NCBI RefSeq assembly: GCF_001194135.2
Contig: NC_068987.1
Span: 99,351,744-99,415,743, forward strand
DNA length: 64,000 nt
Source of the DNA: Octopus bimaculoides
Lineage: Eukaryota
Reading direction: 5' to 3'
The stretch's first letter is position 1; every line of letters starts with the position of its first letter. A program made the position numbers and the translations under genes. The notes under the pieces are model-generated. The model worked only from the letters and a program-made list of their open reading frames with translations, had not been told where the DNA came from and ran no database searches. Below, piece after piece: positions 53,951 through 64,000 of the stretch.

Positions 53951-56682
53951 GAATTAGCAGGTATCAAGCAACAGACCGTAACAAAGACAGAGATCAAAAT
54001 ATAAGTGAATAGTGGCTTTTGTCGTGATGTACGAGAAACCGACTGTATGTGCGTATGCATACAACCAGACACAAACACACACACACGCGTACACACACAC
54101 TTTATATATGACTATGACTAAAAAGATAGTAGTATATTGAGCAAAACTTAATAACCAGTTGATCTAGCAAGCAGTACCTCGTTTTAGAGAGGAGGCCTGG
54201 TGTGCAATACTGCTGTCGTGAAGAAGCCCACCCCACAAGTTTCTTCCGATGACCCCCATAAACTTGCTAGCATCAGATATGCTGTGGTTTCAACTGGTAG
54301 CAATTGTATCTTGTTTTCAAAATACATATTATTCTTGTTTTTTAGAACTGATTTCAAAGTACATATAAAATCACACATAATAGAAAGGAGACACTGAATT
54401 TAAAAATAGCATTGGATAGAAAATATCGTGTTGTATGACATACTTGGTCCTAAAGAGTCTCATGTTTATGATGTTTATGATGAACGCGTACGAGTTTTAG
54501 CTTTAGATAATCTTTGTATACAATCCACCAAGAATATGTATTGAGTACTCCGAGGCTGGTTATGAGATCAAGTACACATGATATAGATTTGTTACTCAAT
54601 TGAGGATCCGTGACTGCAGTTGCATCATGCAAATTGCATATATATAACTGTTTCAGTACGAATCCGATTTGGAGACGTATATTCCTCTGCGAAACTTTGA
54701 AATATACTGCACAGATGTATCATGCAAATGCTTTGAGGTCTTTGAAATTCAAAGCCTTAACTTGCATGCTGTTGAATATATTATAAATAATTTAGAATAA
54801 TACAATCTATCATTGATTTGCCATTAAACTAAACCTATTGATATAACGTTTACGTTATATCAGTTCCGAATGTCGGTGCACAATAATATTTTACACAAAA
54901 TATATAGAAAGAAAACTAGGGAAAATAAATTATTAATATATTCTCACTTGAAATATCGAAACCAGTATGTTGTTTCAAATAACCTCTGAAAATGCGTGCA
55001 TTGTTATCTTACATTGCTCTACAAAAAATGTGTTTATATTTCTAAATATCCAGGTACTTTCATTGGGAATATATATTATAATGTTCGGATTATTTACATT
55101 ATATTTATTTACATTAACATAATTAACAGATATTATAACATCCCCTTTTATAAAATAGGTATCCCGGATGATTTACAACGAAGACCAAGTATAAATGTGC
55201 TAGATGAATTAATCTATGATTTCAGGTATTTCATAAACCTTACGAATACGCTTTCGAAATGTAGAAATTAAAAAAAACAAAAGGTAGTATTTTAAATATA
55301 CAAGAACTCTAGCGCCTTCACAAAACACATACTCATATATACATATATGTGGATGCAGGAGTAAGTGCGCATCTGCTTTTTGCATGTACGTTCGTTTAAG
55401 AGGAAAACTGGGGTTATCTTAAACAGGCATAATTCTTCACGGTATATCTTATCAGAGTAGGTGCTGGTTGTTCACATCCAGCTGAGATAAACACGGCATT
55501 TCATTATCTTAGCCTATAAATAAAATGACGTGTCATTGCAAGTTGTATGCGTAAATCTCAAAATTGTTTGCATTCTTCGTCCAAAATCCTCCGCGGTTTT
55601 CTTGTGTGGTAGACTCAATACACAACCCGATTTTACAGAACCTAATGTTCGTAGTGAAATCTACTTTGCTGTAAGCATTCAGTTCAGGCAAGTAGTTTTC
55701 TGATATATTTCTTTCTTCTTCTGTATAACTCTCGAGGCAATGTAAGTGATGATGGGCAATGCTTCACTCCAATCGCAAAGATGAAAGAATCCGTAGTTTG
55801 TAACTCTATTTTAAAAGACTTACCGTGAGATGTGTGCAAATGATTTTAATGTAAGAAAGAAGTTAATACACATACTATCTCTGTCACACACATACGCATA
55901 CATATACACACACACGCATACACATACACACTCACACGAACTCCGACAGACACATACAGGTATGTGTACATATATATATGTGAGTATCTATTTATTTATC
56001 TATCTATCTCTACTTCTCTCTCTCTCTCTCTCTCTGTATACATGTATATATATATACAGAAAGAGAGGGAGAGAGAGATAGAGAGTGCGAGAGAAAGTAA
56101 GAGAGAGAGAGACACAGAGAGAGACAGAGAGAGAGCAGATTGAGACATTAGATTTTCATCATGAAATAGAGTTTAACTTCATTCTATTTGAAAACTCGTT
56201 ACGGTGCAGTCCTTAATACCAGTGACGTAATGATGTTTGGATTGTACTCGGTATGGAAATAATTATTGGTATAATTTCGCTGACTACCTTATCTAGAACG
56301 TGCCGGAAAATACGTAATCCCATATATGTATATATTGTAGAGACAGGTCTTTCAAGGGTTTTTAACGATTGTATGGAACGGTCTTTATTTTTACGAGTGA
56401 CATGTATTGATTCTATTCAAATGTCCAGAAAGAGAAATCATTTCTTTAAGCGTTGTCAAAATAACAGTGACTGATACAAGTGACTGATACATAAATACAT
56501 ATTCGCGGGAGCATACATTTCACATACATTTCACATCTGAAGTCTTCAAGTTTTTGATTATTGAGCCAGCTTTTTCATTATCAGTAACCCAGCGCAGCCA
56601 CCTATATGTATGTATACAACACACATACACCAGTTGAAACCAATATAGAGACATTACATGTATGTTCACATACACACATGTA

Positions 56683-56736
<54 letters not shown>

Positions 56737-56929
56737 CATTAGTGCAGCTTCAAAGTTTCTGTCTTCAGTGGTCCTTCATGTTTTCTTCTAAACTCCCATA
56801 AAGAGTTCTGAGGGTTCGGCATCAAATCAGGCCTTTCGCAATCCACTTAAAAGCAGGTACGTTTCAGTAATCCATCGGTATATGTACATAGAGATTTGGA
56901 CCTTTGTACTGAAACATTAACGCTGCCGC

Positions 56930-57090
56930 ATAAAATTCACACTGAATGGGTGCCCTGTCTCATAGTATATTCCTGATAGCTGAGTTGACTGGGGAGACCG
57001 GAAGTGTAGTTCCTTGCCCAAAGAGTCAACACAAATACTAGACGCTCAATCGAAACTACCAACTTTCGATTGACAGCCGAACTACAAGGT
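56930..57090 (-). mobile_element. Decayed CORE-like SINE remnant
   Basis: gctgagttgactgggga..gtagttccttgcccaaaga..caacac..aatcgaaactac resembles the reverse complement of a CORE domain plus tRNA B box. Confidence 0.5.
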
Positions 57091-59032
57091 CAAATGCTTT
57101 TTTTATATTTGCGTTCATATATATATATATATATATATATATNNNNNNNNNNNNNNNNNNNNNNNNNNNNNNNNNNNNNNNNNNNNNNNNNNNNNNNNNN
57201 NNNNNNNNNNNNNNNNNNNNNNNNNNNNNNNNNNNNNNNNNNNNNNNNNNNNNNNNNNNNNNNNNNNNNNNNNNNNNNNNNNNNNNNNNNNNNNNNNNNN
57301 NNNNNNNNNNNNNNNNNNNNNNNNNNNNNNNNNNNNNNNNNNNNNNNNNNNNNNNNNNNNNNNNNNNNNNNNNNNNNNNNNNNNNNNNNNNNNNNNNNNN
57401 NNNNNNNNNNNNNGTATGTATGTATAATTATGTATACATATATGTATATATAGTTATACATACGCACATATATGTATGTTTGCATATATATATATACATA
57501 CATATATATATATGTAAATAATATATATACATATATCTATGTATATATATATATATATGTATACATGTATGCGTATATATATTGCGTGTATATAAATATA
57601 TATTAACACTAGCGCTGAGGTATATATTTTTTGTGTACATTATTCTTAACATTTAACTATATTTACACACCCACAAACGCATACACAATCTTACACACAC
57701 ACACCTTACAAAGACATCATACTATAACGCACGTACACACATACCTCATACATACATATATATATATACTTACGTATGCGTCTCATATAGATATCTACTT
57801 ATATGCCACTTAACTGATAAAAACACATTAGTCAGAAGCAATAAGATTGAACTACATTTCTCTGACATCAAAAGGCGAACAACTTTTATGGAAATTGCGA
57901 TATTGTTTACTTCAAAGAATCTGTTTTTTTTACACTCTTCATTTTTTTCATTCCTATTCCTCCCTTTCCCTTTCTATCGCATCCATTCTTTTCCTCTCAC
58001 GACCATTTTTTTTTTCCTTCTTCTATATTGACATTAGTTTCTTACAATAGGAAATGTTGATTACGATATACGTGGTGATTCGTAGATATAATTCTGTACG
58101 GCCAATTAGATATCGTAGATATTGTGAGAATTCAAAGCAAATGGATCGAATTGGCAATTTTGGCGAAATGTCAAATAATTAAGCACAATGTGTTGTAAGT
58201 ACTTCCTCTTTATATATAGGAATGCTTGTTTTTGTGTATATACATATATACATTCATATACACACATACATTTGCACAACATCACACACACATATACACA
58301 CACGTACATAATTACATATATATATATACAATAATATTTATGAACGTATGCATATTTGTGTAATATATATATATATTGTACATTTATATCTGTGTGTTTA
58401 TGTACGTGCGTATGTAAGTTTGTGTGTTTAGAGTAAACACATATACACACGTATGTCATACCATTCATCACTTGTCCCTAACATTGGACCCTGTACTTAA
58501 ATATTGTTTCTCGTTATTACTGTTGTGTTTTATCTTCATCATTTCTAATACTTCGAAATGTTCTTCAAACTATTTTTCTACTGCGCTGACGTGTTGTCCT
58601 ATTATATATGGTAACCAATATATCTATGACGGTGGTGACAAAAGTAGATGTGAATATAAATGATATTGACGACGATGTGTTTCTAACAGTCTTACACAGA
58701 GATGTTGATTAAATCTTATTGAATGGAAGATGTTTTCATTGACAAGCAGGAAGAGTAGATTGTTGTTATTGCCGTAGCACACTCAACATAACATAGCATT
58801 TCGCAATAATATATCTGTAAATTACGCAGGTATAAAATCTTTGAAATAGCGATAACCATAAGGTGAAAAATGTAAATCGCTAAAATACCAGTTACATCTG
58901 GAAAGTTTAATAAAAAAAAATATACATACAAAGGGGTTCAATGCCACAATACATTCCTGGGAAACATATACAAAATTGTTCACTTAATCGCTGTACCCAT
59001 ATGATTTACAATGTATATATAGACTAGAAAAC

Positions 59033-59197
59033 TGTTGTGTCGACGCCCCCAAGCGAAGAAGTAGGATCTCCCAAGACATATAAATAGAGGTAGTCTGGCC
59101 GTGGTAGGAGTGTTGTGTAGCAGTTGAGTAGCAGTTGTGTCACGGTTGAGTAGAGATCTTCCGAAAGCGCTAGATAACAGTAGCTTGAGACATAACA
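59033..59197 (+). mobile_element. Probable solo LTR (165 bp) with 5-bp TSD
   Basis: Starts TGTTGTGTC and ends GACATAACA (8/9 inverted match, TG...CA). AAAAC is directly repeated at 59028-59032 and 59198-59202. TATAAATA at 59079-59086. GC-richer than the flanks. Confidence 0.62.
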
Positions 59198-60269
59198 AAA
59201 ACAAAAATTAAGATCTAACAGAAAAAGAATTCAAGAACACAGTATGTCACAGCGGATGCAAATAGTTTTAAAAATCCATAATGCAAGCATTCTGGTGTCA
59301 AGAAAACAACTTAAGGATATTAGAGTGTTCTGAATCAGTAAGGATTTTACGCGTGGCATTATAAAGACAAGCGCAAATAGAGTCAATGTTAAAATTAGAT
59401 AATTACACAGGAGCCGCTGACCACCAGAAACAGCCCGAGAAAATCATACAAGTCCACCTAGACCTCACTGCTAAAGCAACGTACAAAACCAAGCTCTGCT
59501 CCTGTAATGCTAAAAAAGCGCGTGCTTACAACAAACTCGTTCACGCAGACCTTATACACAATCTTATCCAACTTTCAAAGGATTTACCGGAAAGCAACAT
59601 TTCCAAAATCTATCTGTTTACTTTTCCAATGAAAAAAGCTAATGAATGATTGGTCAAGGAGCCAAGTTCAGCCCACTCAGTTTTGTGCATCTCGTAACAA
59701 CACTATAAGTATGGCCTCTAGGCCTTACAAGCTCATCTACAACCTGGAATTGTTGGCTTCTTGGAATCTGTATTATGCAGAGTATTTCGCTATTTCATTT
59801 GATTTGGAATCAACAACTCTATTGCAATGTAAATGTTTGAACGACGAATGTATAGTTAAGCAAAAAAACATATTTTAGAGATGAAAGAAAGGTTCTCCAA
59901 AGTAGCCTTCTTCTCTGCAGACATATTTTTAGGGCTATATTTGTTTCCTGTTGCCATTGTTATTTCTGTTTCTTATATTTTTTACTACGATTTATAGTTT
60001 CTCTGAAGCCAGAGGTTATTGATTTGCTTTATGCATCAGCACTTTTAGTCATTACCTCAGTGTCTCCTTTTCTCAAAAAATAAAACATGTTACACTGTCT
60101 TTTGTATGTTTTACATATAATATCTGTAGACATATGTAAATACGTGGAGACAATCACATTTTAACTGCAACGATATAGCCTCAAATTCCCTGCATGGGTC
60201 CTGTTACAGTGTATTTCAATTGACTTTAGTAGCATCCCGATTCCTAAGGAAGCCCTCCATCTATTGCAC

Positions 60270-60718
60270 AATTCAGTTTAGTACCTCGATGTAGCTTAGA
60301 CCAGATGCAGTTTAGTGCCGTGATGCAGTTTAGTGCCTTGATACATTTTAGTTCCCTTTTGCAGTTCATCTTGATGCAGTTTGGCGTCGTGATAAACTTT
60401 AGTGACCTGATACACTTTAGTGTCTTCATGCAGATTAGTATCTTCATGCAGTTCAGTGCCACGATGCACTTTAGTGTCTTGATGCAATTTAGTTACCTAA
60501 TGCAGTTTATAGCCCTGATGCAGTTAAGTCTACTAATGCAGCTGGAGGCTCTGATGCAGTTGGAGGACCTGATGCTGTATGTTCAGTAACCGAAAGCAGT
60601 TCGAGGCACTTATGCAGTTCGAGGCACTTATGCAGTTCGAGGGCCTGATGCAGTTTGAGGCACTGGTGCAGTACCAGGCCCTGATGCATTACCAGGCCTT
60701 GTTGCAATACCGAGCTGA
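60270..60718. repeat. Degenerate 18-bp minisatellite (consensus about gATGCAGTTtagtgccct, roughly 23 units)
   Basis: ATGCAG recurs at 18-bp spacing. One unit is 15 bp, and there is one irregular unit near 60571-60597. Confidence 0.92.
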
Positions 60719-60719
60719 G

Positions 60720-62130
60720 AGACACATCTGGAGGAAAGATGTTAACCTTCGAGGTATAATGGACATTTCGGTGTTACTTCTTAGCAAGTGATTTTTAACA
60801 TTCGTCGTCAGGTGAGATCTAAACATGCCGCAAGCCGAAAGACTGCAAACTCTACGAATGCCTCTGGGTGGTTAATTCCGAACCTTCGCACGATTTTCAT
60901 TCATCCACCCTTTTGGGTAAACGTGAACGAACACATTCGGACGAAATTTTATTTTGGGCGTTAATTTTCGCTTAAATATAACCACAATTTTCAGCTTCGT
61001 TCCATCAGCCATGCAGTAGAGTACAAATGTGAATCGTGTTTTCTTGAACCTTGTAATTTTTAACGTCATTTTTACATCTACAGTTTTGTTGCTAATCATA
61101 TCAAAATTTACTGGAATTTCATCCATATTAGCAATTTGTGATAAAGATAAATTGTGTTGTTTTCTCAGGCCAAGAACAACATTTTGGTATTATATTCTTC
61201 TGGTATCCCTTGGGTCTACCCTTGTCCTTTCAGGCAACACTAGGACTTGCTAATTCATGAATCTGGTGCACCATCTTGCTGATCCCCAAAAAAGTTTTCC
61301 TAAGTCAGGGTGAGCTTTGGCCCACTTACGGGCATGAACGCATATGGCATTTCTACTCAGAGCATAGTCATTTTGACGTGGTTCCAGTACCCATTCTGTC
61401 ACATTTTCTCTGATTTTCCACATAGAGATGACTGTTCTCACGGTAGGTTTTTTTGGGGTTTTTTTTTTACATTCCCTTTAAAGACGTTTCAATCTTTCTC
61501 CAGTCACGCACCAACTTTTCGCTGGACCCACATTCTCCTGCAGCTGTACAATTTTCATTGGAGCCCTTAGCAAATTCTATAACTTTTATTTTGAATCCAT
61601 AGTGATAATTCCGTCGTTCGGGTATCTGGTATAGATGTTAGCGACAGCTGGCTAGGGTTCATGCTGTTAAATGTATATATAGGTAAATAATGTCGTTTGG
61701 TTATTTGGTAGGTTAGTAGTTTCAAATTATGTACGTTACTTCGAAGCCTGTACGATAGATGGCACGATAGTTCTCCACGAATGCATAGATCAACAGCTGG
61801 CCGCTTTGTGTTCACGGCACTACTGGTACGATGATTAGCAGTCGCGAATGGCGGGTTTGCAGTTCTATGCCGTCAGCTACTGCAATGTAGTGTGTATAGA
61901 TACTTGTGATATAATATGGTGTCTTTCTACGCTAAATAGATTTAAGAAACATGAGTTTAAGTGGGAAATAATTGTGGTTGAATGCTAGAGTTATGTTAAA
62001 TGTTGTACAATGAGTGTTAGTCGGTTTCACTTGATTATCCTTTACTAGGAATGATTCACATATTATATTTAGCGTATAAGACGGCCGCTTATTTAGGCTT
62101 CAGTATTGACTTATACGCTGGCATATACTG
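60720..62130 (-). mobile_element. pogo-superfamily DNA transposon relic, POGK-like architecture (BrkDBD-like, CENP-B HTH, DDE_1), with left TIR and truncated 3'
   Basis: FKIKVIEFAK..SEKLVRDWRK, EWVLEPRQ..LSRNAI..WCTRFM, IANMDEIPVNFDM..FTFVLYCMADGTKL..VIFKRK..KGWMNE, and MFRSHLT..IIPRRLTSFLQ. The minus strand starts TA|CAGTATATGCCAGCGTATAAGTC at 62132-62108. Confidence 0.9.
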
Positions 62131-64000
62131 TAGATTAAAAAGGTATATAAAAACGTGTGCTTGTGTTAATTTGTGTTCAAATATATATGTGTTAGTGCGC
62201 ACGTTTATGCTTCTTTTCAAAGGAATGTTAATAAACTAAGAAAGCAGAAGCAAAAGATGCAACGTGACAGGCTTTCCAGTAAGTAATAACATTCTAAATA
62301 CAGAAAACAGTGTACCAATTGTACTTGTGTTTAATACTAACTCTATTTTGAAACAATACTGAAGATATTCCCGTATCTTTTACATGTCAATGATCTATTA
62401 TCCTATTAGTTTTAGTGTTGGAAACATTTTTTTCTCTTTGATTAGCAATGATTTCTTCAATATCTTATGTGGAATGTTTTGAGATCCTTATGATAGAATG
62501 TACTGCACTTTTTCGTACTAGCACGTATATAATCATTTAGGTATATGTCTGTTCATCATTTTCTAATGAGATTCTCTTTCTATACAATTACAACAGTCGG
62601 GTGCATAATCCACTCCGTACTTCTAATACTTCAATAATGTAATCTCACGAATCCAAGACGTTTTGCACATTTTAATGAACGTGTGTGCGTCTAAGAATAG
62701 ATTCCGTAACAGAATGCGTCAGAATAATAAAATGAACTTTCTTTCAACAAAATCGAAATAAAATGCAAAAACTTTGAGGCATTCCGGCAATACACACACA
62801 AAATATAATACATACGAATTAAATTCTATGACAGTAGCCAGTGTTCGATTTCAGTATGAAACCAGTTTAATTTAGTTATGATATTTATGTTGTTTGGAAA
62901 ACCNNNNNNNNNNNNNNNNNNNNNNNNNNNNNNNNNNNNNNNNNNNNNNNNNNNNNNNNNNNNNNNNNNNNNNNNNNNNNNNNNNNNNNNNNNNNNNNNN
63001 NNNNNNNNNNNNNNNNNNNNNNNNNNNNNNNNNNNNNNNNNNNNNNNNNNNNNNNNNNNNNNNNNNNNNNNNNNNNNNNNNNNNNNNNNNNNNNNNNNNN
63101 NNNNNNNNNNNNNNNNNNNNNNNNNNNNNNNNNNNNNNNNNNNNNNNNNNNNNNNNNNNNNNNNNNNNNNNNNNNNNNNNNNNNNNNNNNNNNNNNNNNN
63201 NNNNNNNNNNNNNNNNNNNNNNNNNNNNNNNNNNNNNNNNNNNNNNNNNNNNNNNNNNNNNNNNNNNNNNNNNNNNNNNNNNNNNNNNNNNNNNNNNNNN
63301 NNNNNNNNNNNNNNNNNNNNNNNNNNNNNNTATATGGGCATTCATGAGTATCTCAGAGACTTTTTATTGACAAATCATCCTCGACATATGTTATAAAACC
63401 AGACAGGAATTAAAAGGAAAATCATGTTGTATGTCTTAAATAAGGATTTATTGCCGCAATTTTCTGTCATTTAATTTACGTCTCTAAATGATTGTGAACG
63501 TTTTTACAATGCCATTTGAAATTACACATCAGATTAAGAACTAGAAGAGGCAAAGTGACGACAGCCCGATCAAGGAGGTTTATAGAAGTGAAGTGCAAGT
63601 TCGAAAATTTCAAAGTCGCTGTATACACTGAAGTATGAGCACATAACACACATCCACATGATAATACATTACATACACACGCACACACTCACACATATAT
63701 ATGTAAACATAACAAAAATAATTGGTAAGCTAACTCAAAAAATCATCACCAAACGGCAGAAAAAAACGACAGTGAAGGTATGCAGACTCTTCAAGAATCG
63801 ATCCTTTTGGTTATATTAATAATAATAAAGGAGTTACGACGCAAAAACGTATCAAAATTCAATATCAATATATTATAAATTAACTACCAACAAAAATAAT
63901 TGGTAAGCTAACTCAACCGGACAGCTATTTAATCATTACCTATGGAGTTATTTAACATAGACGCTCCTTTGAAGGATATACCTGTTCCACCTAATAACGT

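Noticed and set aside
54839-54862. Hairpin tgatataacgt-tt-acgttatatca as a Helitron 3' end
   Set aside because: It is AT-rich, there is no CTRR terminus downstream, and no other Helitron features are present.
59386-59878. Two short ORFs downstream of the solo LTR as gag/pol remnants
   Set aside because: There is no PBS after the LTR, the TSD closes the element at 59202, and no gag, protease or RT motifs are recognisable.
60270-60718. CRISPR-like array
   Set aside because: The units are contiguous with no unique spacers, there are no cas genes, and the context is eukaryotic.

Overview
AT-rich eukaryotic (animal) genomic scaffold with 13 N-gaps, most of them flanked by microsatellites. The SINE families, the (AAT)n-tailed R4/Dong-like LINE relics and the microsatellite density suggest an Octopus short-read assembly (inference from remembered repeat families, not from a search). 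I could not identify any intact protein-coding gene, and almost all ORFs in the supplied track are microsatellite or gap artefacts. The window is mainly a transposon graveyard. It holds many decayed restriction-like-endonuclease (REL) non-LTR retrotransposon fragments from at least two lineages: one is stacked co-directionally at (AAT)n tracts and the other is bounded by (CATA)n tracts. It also contains mariner, Tigger-like and POGK-like pogo relics, at least eight tRNA-derived SINE copies, a 5S rRNA pseudogene abutting a SINE, a 709-bp MITE-like foldback with 206-bp inverted arms, a probable 165-bp solo LTR with a 5-bp target-site duplication, and an 18-bp minisatellite fused to a broken pogo transposase. 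Three phase-compatible candidate exons on + (10017-15234) may belong to an unidentified host gene. I see no strong evidence for a new functional system. The best leads are the microsatellite-specific LINE behaviour, the 5S-SINE junction, the solo LTR, the foldback element and the 18-bp array.
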